Below the pieces are notes generated by a model, which saw only the letters and a program-made list of their open reading frames with translations, was not told the origin of the DNA and did no database searches. Positions 47,989 to 58,987 of a stretch of DNA of 64,000 nucleotides are shown here, one piece after another; positions within the stretch are counted from its first letter, which is position 1, and each line of letters starts with the position of its first letter. A program made the position numbers and the translations under genes. The stretch comes from an uncultured virus (IMG/VR IMGVR_UViG_3300032304_000649). Taxonomy: Duplodnaviria; Heunggongvirae; Uroviricota; Caudoviricetes. Location of the stretch: the IMG/VR virus record IMGVR_UViG_3300032304_000649. One strand, 5' to 3'.

Positions 47989-49323
47989 ATGGAAGGCTTT
48001 AAATCACTCCCCAAGATGCAATGTTTTAAAGAAGGCGGCTCTGTTAAAGCCATGTGCTATGGCGGCAAAATGAAAAAAGGCGGCCACGCCGAGTCCAAAG
48101 AAATGAAAAAGGACATTGCCCAAGACAAAAAGGTTGTCAAGAAGGCATTTGCCATGCACGACAAGCAATCCCACGAGGGAGAAAAGACTAACCTGTCCAA
48201 GCTCAAAAAAGGTGGGCGGATGAAGAAAGAGGTTGGTACAGTAAAAAAGTATAAAGCCGGCGGCGCTATCGAAATGAAGAAAGACGCCGGTGATAAAGAT
48301 GACATCAAAAAAGTTAAACAGACCAAATCTAAAAAAGCAGCCGCGCCCAGCGCCGCATCTAAAGATGTAATGAATACCCCTAAGTTTTTCAAAAAGGGCA
48401 ATGCAGTAAAAAAATGTAACGAAGGCGGGTCATTAAAATCTGTTGACGCAGAAGAAAATCCAGGATTGGCTAAATTACCCACCAATGTACGTAACAAAAT
48501 GGGTTACGCTAAGAAGGGCGGTAAAGTAAAAAAGTATAATAGTGGCGGAGATGTAAAAGATCCACAAAAGCTGGTTGATGAAATTGCGCTTGAGGAAAAC
48601 ACCCAAGACCGTGAAATGATTATGAAGCCAGTTCGAGCCGCTGGAAAAATGATCACTAAAGGTATTAGTGCTGCTAAGTCTGCGTTAAAAGGATCTAATG
48701 CAGAACGTGAAGCTGTTGCCAAGAAAAAAGGCGGCAAGATCAAGAAGTTTAACACTGGTGGTTCCACTGGCCCGCTCACTCCCGAAGAAGAAGCATATCT
48801 AGGTGGTGCTGATCGCACCGATCCATTTATTATGGCTCGTATGCGTTCTGCGTTAGGTCCAAAGAAACAAACCTATATGCCAAATGCAAACCCTGCAATG
48901 GATAACCGTGATGTTGGAATGGTTGAATCGACTCCTGCTCCCACTGTCCCCCTTCGTCCTGATGTCGATCCAGACACTGGTTTAGCTTACCCACAAGAAA
49001 ATCAATTGCGCACTGCCCCAATGGCACCACGCCCAGTTCGTCGTCCAGCGGCGGCTCCTGCGGCTCCTAGTATTAGTTCAACAGACACAGCACGTTTAGA
49101 TGAAATTGCTAGAGGCCAAGGCGTGTTCCCTGAAGGATCTGCAGCGTTGCCAAAACGTTCAGGAAAACGCCAATCTATTGGTAAAAGTTTCTTTACAGCA
49201 ACTCCTGAAGAACAAGCTGCATCATTTGGACGTGGTGCTGAAGCTCGCAAAAACTTAGGCAAAAAAATGGGACCATTAACTATGCCAAGTTTTTCTAATG
49301 CTTTAGAAAGATACAAACCTTAA
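47989..49323 (+). CDS. Lys-rich low-complexity protein with repeated xxxGG motifs
   Basis: 444 aa; FKEGG, MKKGG, YKAGG, YNSGG, FNTGG and others. Confidence 0.75.
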   Translation: MEGFKSLPKMQCFKEGGSVKAMCYGGKMKKGGHAESKEMKKDIAQDKKVVKKAFAMHDKQSHEGEKTNLSKLKKGGRMKKEVGTVKKYKAGGAIEMKKDAGDKDDIKKVKQTKSKKAAAPSAASKDVMNTPKFFKKGNAVKKCNEGGSLKSVDAEENPGLAKLPTNVRNKMGYAKKGGKVKKYNSGGDVKDPQKLVDEIALEENTQDREMIMKPVRAAGKMITKGISAAKSALKGSNAEREAVAKKKGGKIKKFNTGGSTGPLTPEEEAYLGGADRTDPFIMARMRSALGPKKQTYMPNANPAMDNRDVGMVESTPAPTVPLRPDVDPDTGLAYPQENQLRTAPMAPRPVRRPAAAPAAPSISSTDTARLDEIARGQGVFPEGSAALPKRSGKRQSIGKSFFTATPEEQAASFGRGAEARKNLGKKMGPLTMPSFSNALERYKP

Positions 49324-49324
49324 T

Positions 49325-49492
49325 ATGCCAATAGAGTCTAAACAACAACAGAAGGCAATGTACGCCGCCGCGGCTGGTAAGTCAACCCTTGGCATTCCTA
49401 AAAAAGTTGGTAAAGAGTTTATTAAGGCCGGCAAGGCAAAACCAAACCTTCCACAAAAAGTAACTAAACGCGCATCCGGTAGAGGACGTTAA
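49325..49492 (+). CDS. Small basic protein (55 aa)
   Basis: [32 protein letters not shown].. Confidence 0.65.
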   Translation: MPIESKQQQKAMYAAAAGKSTLGIPKKVGKEFIKAGKAKPNLPQKVTKRASGRGR

Positions 49493-49495
49493 TTT

Positions 49496-50563
49496 ATGGC
49501 TTACTCTGGTACAACTAACCAGACCAAGATCAATGTAGATCAGTTGATCTCGTACGCATATCGTGATGCTGGCAAGACGGCAGAAGAAATCACGCCCGAG
49601 TATATTGACGCCGGTAAACAGGCTCTGTTCTACATATTACAGAACATGTCTAACCGTGGCGTTAACCTGTGGTTGTTAGAAAACTATCTGTGCGGCGCCG
49701 TTACGGCACAGCAACAGCTCATCCTGCCCCCTGGTACGATTGACGTGCGTGAGTCAAACTGGGTCTATATTATTAACTCAGAGGCCGCTGAATATCTACC
49801 AACAGCCAACCCGGACTCCCCCGCAGCCTTTGATCAAAACCTTGATATCACAGCAACCTCAACCATTGGTGCAAATTTTTTTGGTCTTGAGTACCAAGAC
49901 GCCCTCCCAGTCTTTTATGTCGGCTTTAATGGCTACGCGTCTGGTGGTGGTACTACAACTTACAATTTTGCGTACGAGGTTAGTGATGACGGTGTAACCT
50001 GGACAACTGTCGAACAGTTACCAGAGACCACACTAAAAGATCGCGAGTGGGCCTACTTTAATATTAGCACCACGCCAAACCATTATTTCTACCGCCTGCG
50101 TGAGACAGTGGCGACCACATTTACGGTTCGCCAAATTGTGTTCTCAACCAGCCAGCAAGTTATTCCGTTGGCACGACTAAACCGTGACGACTACTGGAAC
50201 CTACCAAACAAACAGTTCCCATCGGTACGTTCATTACAGTATTGGTTTGATCGTACCATCGTGCCCTCGATGTATCTATGGCCCGTACCAAACAATGACT
50301 TCCAAATGTTTCAGTTAATTATTGAAAGAGAAATGCAAGACGTTGGATCGTTGACTAACGAACTATATGTACCAAACCGTTGGATTGGTTCCGTCCAAGC
50401 GTCACTGTCACATAAACTGGCGATGCAGTTACCACAAATTGATTTAGCGCGTATCCAGTACTTAGAAGCGCAGGCCACTAAACTAGAGTACGACGCGGCA
50501 CAAGAAGAGCGCGACAAGTCGCCAATTTACTTCCAACCAGCGATTGCATATTATACAAGATGA
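49496..50563 (+). CDS. Probable head-tail adaptor/tail protein
   Basis: NRGVNLW..LPPGTID..YLWPVP; position. Confidence 0.6.
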   Translation: MAYSGTTNQTKINVDQLISYAYRDAGKTAEEITPEYIDAGKQALFYILQNMSNRGVNLWLLENYLCGAVTAQQQLILPPGTIDVRESNWVYIINSEAAEYLPTANPDSPAAFDQNLDITATSTIGANFFGLEYQDALPVFYVGFNGYASGGGTTTYNFAYEVSDDGVTWTTVEQLPETTLKDREWAYFNISTTPNHYFYRLRETVATTFTVRQIVFSTSQQVIPLARLNRDDYWNLPNKQFPSVRSLQYWFDRTIVPSMYLWPVPNNDFQMFQLIIEREMQDVGSLTNELYVPNRWIGSVQASLSHKLAMQLPQIDLARIQYLEAQATKLEYDAAQEERDKSPIYFQPAIAYYTR

Positions 50564-51099
50564 CACATTCTGTATATTGGATTCGGCATAAAGATCACAC
50601 TGATATGTTTAATCAGGGGTATATTGGTGTTTCTAAAAATGTTGAATCTCGTTGGTTTAGACATAGTCGATACTCAGATAATCAACACTTAAAAGCTGCA
50701 ATTAAAAAATATGGATGGGATAACTTGATAAAACAAGTTATTTTAATTGGTGAAAAATTGTATTGCTATAATTTAGAAGCCAAAATTAGGCCAACTAAAC
50801 AAATTGGTTGGAATATAGCTGAAGGCGGGGTAAACCCACCTATATCAAAACCAAGAGGCCCTAATTATTTAAGCCCGCTAAAAGGCGTTTCAAAACCAAC
50901 ACCTTGGATGGTTGGTAGAAAAGTATCAGATAAAGAAAAAAAGTTAGCATCAGAGCGTCGTAAAGTAAAAGTTAAATATCAAAATGTTATTTACAGTAGT
51001 TTTGAAGAATTGGCTGCTTTTTTAAATATTAAGTATTCTACATTAACAAATAGGATTTATAGAAATGCTGCTAAATACGGCTACGAGGTCTTAAAATGA
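50560..51099 (+). CDS. GIY-YIG homing endonuclease
   Basis: VYWI..GYIGVSK..RW..H..AIKKYGWDN..GWNIAEGG; AT-rich insert between structural genes. Confidence 0.85.
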   Translation: MTHSVYWIRHKDHTDMFNQGYIGVSKNVESRWFRHSRYSDNQHLKAAIKKYGWDNLIKQVILIGEKLYCYNLEAKIRPTKQIGWNIAEGGVNPPISKPRGPNYLSPLKGVSKPTPWMVGRKVSDKEKKLASERRKVKVKYQNVIYSSFEELAAFLNIKYSTLTNRIYRNAAKYGYEVLK

Positions 51100-51716
51100 G
51101 CGGCGCATACGTAATGACCTACAACAATCTGGTAGATGACGTCCAGCGTTACATGGAACGTGACGACGCCGGGTTTGTTGCGCAGATCCCGAGCCTAATT
51201 GGTTTGGCCGAGGCCGCCATTGCCGCCGAATTAAAATCGCTACTGCAGTTAACTGTGGTAGAGACCACGTTGGCAACTAATCAAGATGTGTTGGCAAAAC
51301 CAGCACGCTGGCGTAAGACTGTGTCAATGAAAGTTAACGGCGCGCCTGTTTTGTTACGTTCACAGGATTATATTGCACAGTACCAATCAGAATCCGCCAA
51401 CGGGCTGCCTAAGTACTACGGCGAGTATGACTACAACAACTGGAACTTTGCGCCAAAGCCAGACGATGACTACCCAGTAGAAATTATTTACTACAGCCTA
51501 ATCCAGCCGCTAGACACCTCTAACCAAACTAACTTGTTCACGCGCGAGTGCCCACAGGCGATGTTGTTTGGAACTTTACTACAGGCCCAGGGTTATCTAA
51601 AGGCGTTGGATAAACTGCCGGTTTGGAAAGCATACTACACCGAGTCATTAGCCGCGTTGAAGAAAGAAGACAACTCGCGTCGTATTGATCGAAATACTAC
51701 GGTCCAGGAACCATAA
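51096..51716 (+). CDS. Probable tail tubular/adaptor protein
   Basis: PKYY..FAPKPD..EIIYY pattern; position. Confidence 0.6.
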   Translation: MSGAYVMTYNNLVDDVQRYMERDDAGFVAQIPSLIGLAEAAIAAELKSLLQLTVVETTLATNQDVLAKPARWRKTVSMKVNGAPVLLRSQDYIAQYQSESANGLPKYYGEYDYNNWNFAPKPDDDYPVEIIYYSLIQPLDTSNQTNLFTRECPQAMLFGTLLQAQGYLKALDKLPVWKAYYTESLAALKKEDNSRRIDRNTTVQEP

Positions 51717-51719
51717 TAT

Positions 51720-52982
51720 ATGCCAATCTACACATCACCGTTTACCGGCACAGTCGTACAGCCAACCGATGTATCGTACTACGAGCTTAACTTTAGTGCG
51801 AACGTACAGCTCTACTGGCCTGCTGTTGTCAACCCACAGCAGGTACCAGCCGCGCGTATTATCGACGCTACACCGTCCACATCTGGATTGGTTATCTCGC
51901 TGCCAGAGGGCAACCAAGGCACCACCGGCTCGGACATTTTAATCCGTAACTTTGGCGCAAACACATTCACCGTTGAAGATTTTACTGGCACAGGATCAGT
52001 ATCAATCGCCGCGGGTGTATCTAAATACTTCTACCTATCTGATAATACTACCTCTGCTGGTGTTTGGCAAAACGTTACGTTTGGTGCCGGAACATCGTCG
52101 GCCGACGCTGCCTCATTAGCTGGCGCCGGATTAGTAGCGCTTGCCGGCAAACTAAACACTACACAAAACGTTGTGGCTGTGTCATCGACCCCATCAATTA
52201 CAGACGCAAGCCGCGCATCCACATTTGTTTGGACGGGCGGTAACGGCACGTTTACTTTACCTACGGCAGCTAGTTTAAGTGGTGGTTGGTACATTGCGTT
52301 TAGAAATAATGGCACGGGTGCAATTACAGTTACGCCGCAGGGCACGTCAACAATTGACAGTCTGTCGACCATCACTGTCAACCCATCTGAATCTGGCTTT
52401 ATTTTATTCCAGCAATCTACTGGTAACTTCTTTACCGTTGGATTAGCGGTTCCGTCTAACGTAACTTTTACATCGGCAACGTATGATGTAGACTCTATTA
52501 TTGGTAATACGTTTAGCTTAGTGTCTTACGCGCCAATTATCCAGACATACGTCGCATTAGCTGGAACACGTGCGGTTGACTTAGATGTCACACTACCTGC
52601 AACCACCCAGTTGTATGTGTTGGTAAACAACACCGGACAAGCTGGGTATGATGTTACGTTTCAAATCTCTGGCAGTTTACAGACACCCGTTCCGTTAGGT
52701 AACGGTGGCGTTATCTTGGCGTTAAGTGACGGTAACCAACTGTATGTGATTAGCCAGACAACCGTAGGTATTTACCTTGCTGATAACGGCTCCGCAGCAG
52801 CACCATCATTTTCGTTTACAAATGATACCAACACGGGTATGTATTTAATTGGTACAAACAATTTAGGTTTTTCAGCAAACTCAGTATTAATGCTAGACAT
52901 TGATAACACTAACACATTGAGTCCACAAGTATCTACACCAGCAACATTTAACGCAGGGTTAATTGGTGGCGGGACGTTCTAA
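51720..52982 (+). CDS. Tail structural protein
   Basis: 420 aa beta-rich; AAAPSFSFTNDTNTGMY. Confidence 0.65.
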   Translation: MPIYTSPFTGTVVQPTDVSYYELNFSANVQLYWPAVVNPQQVPAARIIDATPSTSGLVISLPEGNQGTTGSDILIRNFGANTFTVEDFTGTGSVSIAAGVSKYFYLSDNTTSAGVWQNVTFGAGTSSADAASLAGAGLVALAGKLNTTQNVVAVSSTPSITDASRASTFVWTGGNGTFTLPTAASLSGGWYIAFRNNGTGAITVTPQGTSTIDSLSTITVNPSESGFILFQQSTGNFFTVGLAVPSNVTFTSATYDVDSIIGNTFSLVSYAPIIQTYVALAGTRAVDLDVTLPATTQLYVLVNNTGQAGYDVTFQISGSLQTPVPLGNGGVILALSDGNQLYVISQTTVGIYLADNGSAAAPSFSFTNDTNTGMYLIGTNNLGFSANSVLMLDIDNTNTLSPQVSTPATFNAGLIGGGTF

Positions 52983-55117
52983 TGGCCGGAGAAAACAATT
53001 TACCAGAACAGTATAATCTGGTCTACACGCTTGCCGTTCAACCCGGCATAAAACGAGACGGCACAATATTTGAGTCACGTGAGTTTAGTGACGGAGAATG
53101 GTGCCGTTTTCAACGAGGCACGCCTAGAAAAATGGGTGGCTACCGTGAGCTGTTTGCCACGTTTACGGGCATCCCGCGCGGCATGATTGCCAACTCGTTT
53201 AACGGCGTTAACTACGTATTTGTTGGTAATGAGTATGGTTTAGAAGTATTTACAACAGGCACTACGTTTGGTGTTGGCAGTGGTCCGCTTACTGTAAATA
53301 TTTTACCTGGCTATTCACCATTTACCTTGGTGTCAAACACTACTAGCCAGTTTGTTGTGGCAACCGATGTCACCGCTGCATTTCCTGCTAATATGACGGT
53401 AATATTTGATGATGATATAACTACCGCAACCACAGTTATTAGTTCGTCGTATTCGTCACCAAACACAACGGTAATTGTAACAACATCCAGTATTGCAGGA
53501 ACGCCGACAACGGTGTCGTTGTATGACGTAACGTTTACGCCGGATCCAAATTTGTTGTGGCAGTTTGATTTGCAGTATTCACCTGCCGGCGGATCGTTGC
53601 AAGTATTGGCACACCCAGGCCGTAACTTGGCTAACATTGACAACGCCATACAGACACAGGTCTTAACTGGCGGATTGTTACCGGACTCACTAAACGAGTG
53701 GAATTTTTATGGTTTGGCTGATACTGGTGGGCAGAACCCAACATATCGCCCAATTGAAGTAGACGGTGGCGTCTGTGTACTGTACCCCTACACGTTTGTG
53801 TACGGCTCGGACGGATTTATTGCTAACAATCATGTTGATACAAACACAACGCTAACTTTATATAACCAGCAAACAATTACCGACTGGAACGGCCCAACAT
53901 CTAACCAGGTTAACATGGCCTCGTCTAAAGTTGTTAAAGGCATACCAGTACGTGGTGGTACTAACTCACCATCTGGATTGTTCTGGGCAACCGATAGTTT
54001 AATTCGTGTCTCGTTTACCGGCACGACTCCGCTGTACTGGCGCTATGACATTATTTCTAGCCAGATCTCGACCATATCATCTTCTTGCTTTGTTGAAATG
54101 GATGGTATATTTTACTGGATGGGTGTCGACCGTTTCTACCTATACAATGGTGCGGTCTCTGTATTGCCAAATGATAAAAACGTAAACTGGCTATTTGATA
54201 ACCTCAATTTTGTACAGCGCCAAAAGGTATGGGCAACCAAAGTACCTCGGTATAATGAGATCTGGTTCTTTTATCCCCGCGGCGATGCCACAGAGTGCAC
54301 CGACGCAATTGTGTACAATGTCAAAGATAAGATCTGGTACGACGCTGGAAGCGCGCCAGGATCACGTAGATCGTGTGGGTACACCACAGAGGTGTTCCCA
54401 ACACCAATCTGGGCTGGTTGGGAAGATTTAAATACGTTTAGTGTTCCGTTTGAGGTAATTGACGAGCCACCCAGCGAGTCTCCACCCAATAATAACCAGG
54501 TGTATATTAACGGTGACGTGACGGCTACATTTGGCGCTGGCGACTATATCTCGCTGACAAACACTGGCAGCCCCGTTGTTTATAAAATTGTTACCAGCGT
54601 GTTTATGTTTACGTCTGCCATAACGGCGACTAACCCAGAGGGTGTGACATTAATTACTGTAGATATAAACTTCGATCCCATTCAAGTAGCAGGTGATTAT
54701 ATCTATTATATTGAAGGTGGATACCCACTTTGGCAGCATGAGTTTGGCACAAACGCCATCACGTTTAACCAAGAATTTGCAATTACGTCTAGCATTACAA
54801 CTTGTGACATTAGCTGGGTTGGTGGAATACCATCACAAGACAGCGCTACTGGTATCAATCGACGCATGCACCTAAGACGTATTGAGCCAGACTTTGTACA
54901 GTCCGGCACAATGGCTATGACCATCTTAGGCCGTAAATTTGCCCGTGGAGATACAGAGACTTCAGGGCCATTTTACTTTGACCCGGACACAGGTAAAATT
55001 GACTTGCGCGTGGAGCATCGCGAGGTTAGGCTTAAGTTTGAGTCCAACGTACTCGACGGTAACTTTGAGATGGGCCGCCTGCTTATTACGGCAGAGTACG
55101 GCGACGAGCGTCCGTGA
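52982..55117 (+). CDS. Probable tail nozzle/stabilisation protein
   Basis: 711 aa; PGIKRDGT..WCRF..FYWMG..NEIWFFYP. Confidence 0.6.
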   Translation: MAGENNLPEQYNLVYTLAVQPGIKRDGTIFESREFSDGEWCRFQRGTPRKMGGYRELFATFTGIPRGMIANSFNGVNYVFVGNEYGLEVFTTGTTFGVGSGPLTVNILPGYSPFTLVSNTTSQFVVATDVTAAFPANMTVIFDDDITTATTVISSSYSSPNTTVIVTTSSIAGTPTTVSLYDVTFTPDPNLLWQFDLQYSPAGGSLQVLAHPGRNLANIDNAIQTQVLTGGLLPDSLNEWNFYGLADTGGQNPTYRPIEVDGGVCVLYPYTFVYGSDGFIANNHVDTNTTLTLYNQQTITDWNGPTSNQVNMASSKVVKGIPVRGGTNSPSGLFWATDSLIRVSFTGTTPLYWRYDIISSQISTISSSCFVEMDGIFYWMGVDRFYLYNGAVSVLPNDKNVNWLFDNLNFVQRQKVWATKVPRYNEIWFFYPRGDATECTDAIVYNVKDKIWYDAGSAPGSRRSCGYTTEVFPTPIWAGWEDLNTFSVPFEVIDEPPSESPPNNNQVYINGDVTATFGAGDYISLTNTGSPVVYKIVTSVFMFTSAITATNPEGVTLITVDINFDPIQVAGDYIYYIEGGYPLWQHEFGTNAITFNQEFAITSSITTCDISWVGGIPSQDSATGINRRMHLRRIEPDFVQSGTMAMTILGRKFARGDTETSGPFYFDPDTGKIDLRVEHREVRLKFESNVLDGNFEMGRLLITAEYGDERP

Positions 55118-55365
55118 GTATCCAAACATTCTTTCCAATCAACCCAGAGTATATGTCCTGGGATGATTGGAACGGTAACTTCCTACATTACTTTAGCGAA
55201 GAACCAATTATGTATGACACCGAGGATAATTGGAAACAGGTCGCTAAAAACATAAGCCAGCTAACCACGTTCGAGAGCTACCCGGTCCCAGACCCAGAGG
55301 CATTTGAAACTTGGCAAGACTGGGCCTCAGCCCTTAGCTTTATTTTAAACGGCCCAACCACTTAA
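55114..55365 (+). CDS. Hypothetical protein
   Basis: 83 aa, coupled. Confidence 0.6.
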   Translation: MSIQTFFPINPEYMSWDDWNGNFLHYFSEEPIMYDTEDNWKQVAKNISQLTTFESYPVPDPEAFETWQDWASALSFILNGPTT

Positions 55366-55369
55366 TTTA

Positions 55370-55399
55370 GGGCGATAAATGCAATATTTTTGCATTAGT
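55370..55399 (+). promoter_or_regulatory. Late promoter GGGCG-N15-TTGCATTAGT
   Basis: Exact motif and spacing. Confidence 0.8.
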
Positions 55400-55435
55400 A
55401 TATGTAAGAATCATATCTTTTAAACAGGAACAGCT

Positions 55436-55903
55436 ATGACTCAAATGGTCGACAGCAAACAACAAGAACTAGGTACAGACATGATCGTACAGATCGCGGC
55501 TGAAAATACCCGTTCGCCTTACCCATTTAAGAAAGTCTTTTTACTGTTCGTATCTGAACTAGGTTTACCTAACGCCAGATTGTATAAGTTTGGCAATACT
55601 GTTTTTGTAATTCACCCTTCCGAAAAACGCCAAGAGTTTGGTATCTTCCGTGCCCTTAATGCCGACACTGCTGAAAATTTTGTACAAAACAGCAAGATGT
55701 TTATAGACAAAGCAATTGAAGATGGCTTTACTGGATTGCAAACTACCTTCTCTGATCCGTCGCTCTTAAATATTTTTAAGTATATTGCCCGCGAAGAACA
55801 AGAACTAGGAAACCCAAATATGGGTTACACTGTACAAAAATCAACAGACAACAAACAAATTCGAGTAACTCTTGTATTGCAAGGTGAAAGGATGGGTGCG
55901 TAA
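55436..55903 (+). CDS. Hypothetical protein (possibly GNAT-like) heading the ejection-protein operon
   Basis: 155 aa alpha/beta; the GNAT idea rests on position and size only. Confidence 0.5.
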   Translation: MTQMVDSKQQELGTDMIVQIAAENTRSPYPFKKVFLLFVSELGLPNARLYKFGNTVFVIHPSEKRQEFGIFRALNADTAENFVQNSKMFIDKAIEDGFTGLQTTFSDPSLLNIFKYIAREEQELGNPNMGYTVQKSTDNKQIRVTLVLQGERMGA

Positions 55904-57918
55904 TGGCCGTCGTTGTTGAAGTTGTATCAGACGCATTTGAAGCGGTTGGTGACGCGGTTGGTGCCGTCGGTGATGCTATTGCAGATGCAGCGCAAGTTGT
56001 TGGTGACTTTGTTGCAGATACAGCACAAGCCGTTGGTAAAACAGTAGAAGCAATTGCTAATGATCCAGCTAAAGCATTACCGCTTATTGCCGTTGCTATT
56101 GCTGCACCATATGTAGCTCCATATCTATGGGCCGGCGCGTCTACAGCTTCAGCAGCCATGGTATTAAATACTGGTTTAGCTTTAGCACAAGGTGCTGATC
56201 CATTACAAATAGCACAAAACATTGGTACCAGCATTATAACTCAAGGCATTACATCCAGTTTACCGGTTGATCTTAGCACTGGATATAATTTTGCTGATCA
56301 AGCAATTGTTAATACTGCAGCCGCTGCAGCGCAAGGAAGAGATCCTGCTCAAGCATTAGGTTCTATGATTGGTGGTGCTATTGTTAGAGGCGGTGTTAAT
56401 GAAGTAGCTGGTGGTGTTAGGGATTTTGCTGGATTAGATGATAGCACTGCTCCTGTAATTGACAGAAGTGAATCCTATACACCACCAACACAAACAGCAG
56501 AAACAAACTTACCTTCTGATGACGTAACAATGTCTCAGACATTTAGAGACGCTATTCAAAACGGTTTTTCACCAGAAGAATCATACGCAATTGCTAAGGG
56601 CCAAATAGACGCAGAACAATCTGGCCCATCGCCCTACGCTAAAACAGCCAGTACAATAACTAGTGATCAACCACAAGCATCTGTTACTGTAACTGGTGCG
56701 GATGATGTGCAGGGTGAAGGCATATCTTTACCTGCCCCTAGCAAGGAAGAACTTGACCAAGATTTAGCTGACGGTAAAATTACTCAAGAAGAATATGACC
56801 GCATGGCGCCAACTGCTACCGAAGCAAAATCTACATTAGATTATGTTGACCCATATAAAGAAGAATCACCGATAGATGCTACCGGTGAAGATTTTGATAT
56901 GAGTGCGCCTGTTCCAGAACCAAAAGAAATTGTTTCTGATGGGTTGGAAAATCAAAAACCTGACACACGTGGTAATCTAATATATACCTACGATGACGGA
57001 TCCACATTAACATTATCTCCAGACGGTGAAGTTATTGATGTTACTGAAGCAACTGATGTTGGTGGTTTAGGTAGCTTAGATGGCACCGGTGAAGATTTTG
57101 ACATGGGTGGTCCCGGAGGCACTGGCGAAGATTTTGACATGGGTGGTGAGTACCAAGAAGAAGAATACACAGAAACACCAGATGAAAAATCGGGTTCTGG
57201 TTTCTCAGTAAAATTTGGTAAACCACGTTCATCAAGAGCAGCAACCATTCGCAGAGGCATGATTGCTAAACCAACAAGACCAACACCCGGCGCAAATGAA
57301 AGTGCTGCCGATCCTGGCTTATTGTTAAACTCACAATATGGTTCACAACTAACATCTAACGTATTAGGTGGTAATCCTGAATATAGTTTAATTGGTTCTA
57401 TAGCGGAAGAAGAGCCACAGGGTATGGCTGGTGGCGGTAGTGCTACGCAAGGTGTTTATGATTTAAGTTATACTGCTTCTTCACCGTTTTTAAGCAGCGG
57501 TTCAGACATTATGGCGTTAAAGCCGGGCTTAATTAAACCAAAAGTAAACTATGAACTGCCAGGCTACCCCTATGGTAAAGAATGGAAAGCTGCTAAGGAA
57601 GGCGGCCCAATTGGACATAATCCTGAGTTCTTTAGTGAAGGCGGTTTAAATTCATTAAAGAACAGTTACGTAAAAGGTAAAGGCGATGGTACTAGCGATA
57701 GTATCCCAGCCATGTTGGCAAACGGTGAGTTTGTAATTCCTGCAGATGTTGTATCATCATTAGGTAATGGTAGTAATGATAGTGGTGCAGAAATATTAAG
57801 CGAATTCTTAAAAACAATTCGTGAACATAAACGTAGAGCAGACTCAAGAAAATTACCGCCGGATAGTAAAGGCGCGTTGGGATACCTAACGGAAGCGAAA
57901 AAGAAGGTGAAAAAATAA
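55903..57918 (+). CDS. Probable internal virion/ejection protein
   Basis: Hydrophobic Ala-rich N-terminus; GDGTSDSIPAMLANGEFVIPADVV. Confidence 0.65.
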   Translation: MAVVVEVVSDAFEAVGDAVGAVGDAIADAAQVVGDFVADTAQAVGKTVEAIANDPAKALPLIAVAIAAPYVAPYLWAGASTASAAMVLNTGLALAQGADPLQIAQNIGTSIITQGITSSLPVDLSTGYNFADQAIVNTAAAAAQGRDPAQALGSMIGGAIVRGGVNEVAGGVRDFAGLDDSTAPVIDRSESYTPPTQTAETNLPSDDVTMSQTFRDAIQNGFSPEESYAIAKGQIDAEQSGPSPYAKTASTITSDQPQASVTVTGADDVQGEGISLPAPSKEELDQDLADGKITQEEYDRMAPTATEAKSTLDYVDPYKEESPIDATGEDFDMSAPVPEPKEIVSDGLENQKPDTRGNLIYTYDDGSTLTLSPDGEVIDVTEATDVGGLGSLDGTGEDFDMGGPGGTGEDFDMGGEYQEEEYTETPDEKSGSGFSVKFGKPRSSRAATIRRGMIAKPTRPTPGANESAADPGLLLNSQYGSQLTSNVLGGNPEYSLIGSIAEEEPQGMAGGGSATQGVYDLSYTASSPFLSSGSDIMALKPGLIKPKVNYELPGYPYGKEWKAAKEGGPIGHNPEFFSEGGLNSLKNSYVKGKGDGTSDSIPAMLANGEFVIPADVVSSLGNGSNDSGAEILSEFLKTIREHKRRADSRKLPPDSKGALGYLTEAKKKVKK

Positions 57919-58985
57919 TGGCTGGCTTATCTAATTTTATATCAAACGAGGCGGTCCAATCCACCTCGATGCCATCGTGGTTTGATACCGCGCAACAAAA
58001 CGTTGTTAACCAAGCCACCACTGCGGCTGGCGGCGTTCCTAGTTTACAAAACACTGTAGCTGGTCAAGCCATTAATCAACTTAGCGGACCACAAAACCCA
58101 TTTACTCAAGCTCAAGGTACATTAAACCAAATCTCTTCTGGTGCGGCTAATCCTTGGCTTGTCAGCGATACCGGTCAAGTAACTCCGAACGTAGCTACCC
58201 CCATGGGTGGTTTATTCCAGGCACAAAACCAAGCATTACAACAACTTATGCCTGAGTATACTGCTCCTGTCCAAGGCGGGAATATTGCTTCTGGTAACTT
58301 TGGTAGTTTGCGTGGCCAAACTGCAGTTAACAAAGCAATGGCTGATGCACAGTCTAAGTTGTTTGCCGACCAAATGAACGCAGCACTACAAGCCCAGGGC
58401 GTTGGCGCACAAGCAGCGGGCGCGTTGGGTCAAGTAGGAAGCCAAGGTGTTCAGTCTATGACATCATTAGGACAGGCTCAACAGTCTGATCCGTTCTTTG
58501 CCTCATCCGCTCTTGGTAAAATCCTTGGCGGTATGCAGATCCCAACCACAACCAAAAACGTTACTAACCTATCACCGCTTAACCAGATTGGTTCTATTGT
58601 TTCTGCTCTTGGTGGTTCTATTAGTGGTACTGATAAGTTACTCAAAGAGCTATTCCCTGCGGTAGGAAAACCTGGAGAACCCGGCTACAAACCTGCTGGT
58701 GGTTTAACAGAGTTCTTTAAACGTGCTGGAATTAACATTGGCGGCACCGGTGGCGGCGGTGGCGTAATTGGCGGCGGGGGCACTGGAGAAGATTTTGATA
58801 TGGGTGGCGGCGGTGGTGGCGGTGGTGGCGGCACTGGAGAAGATTTTGATATGGGCGGCGGCGGTGGCGGCACCGGAGAAGATTTTGATATGGGTGGCGG
58901 TGGCGGCGGATCTGATTTTGATTGGAATACCTACGAGCCATCAAACCCATACGAAGGTTATGACATAGGCGACTACGAGATCTAA
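57918..58985 (+). CDS. Probable ejection protein with Gly-rich repeat tail
   Basis: Gln/Gly-rich; GNFGSLRG; three GTGEDFDMGG. Confidence 0.65.
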   Translation: MAGLSNFISNEAVQSTSMPSWFDTAQQNVVNQATTAAGGVPSLQNTVAGQAINQLSGPQNPFTQAQGTLNQISSGAANPWLVSDTGQVTPNVATPMGGLFQAQNQALQQLMPEYTAPVQGGNIASGNFGSLRGQTAVNKAMADAQSKLFADQMNAALQAQGVGAQAAGALGQVGSQGVQSMTSLGQAQQSDPFFASSALGKILGGMQIPTTTKNVTNLSPLNQIGSIVSALGGSISGTDKLLKELFPAVGKPGEPGYKPAGGLTEFFKRAGINIGGTGGGGGVIGGGGTGEDFDMGGGGGGGGGGTGEDFDMGGGGGGTGEDFDMGGGGGGSDFDWNTYEPSNPYEGYDIGDYEI

Positions 58986-58987
58986 TT

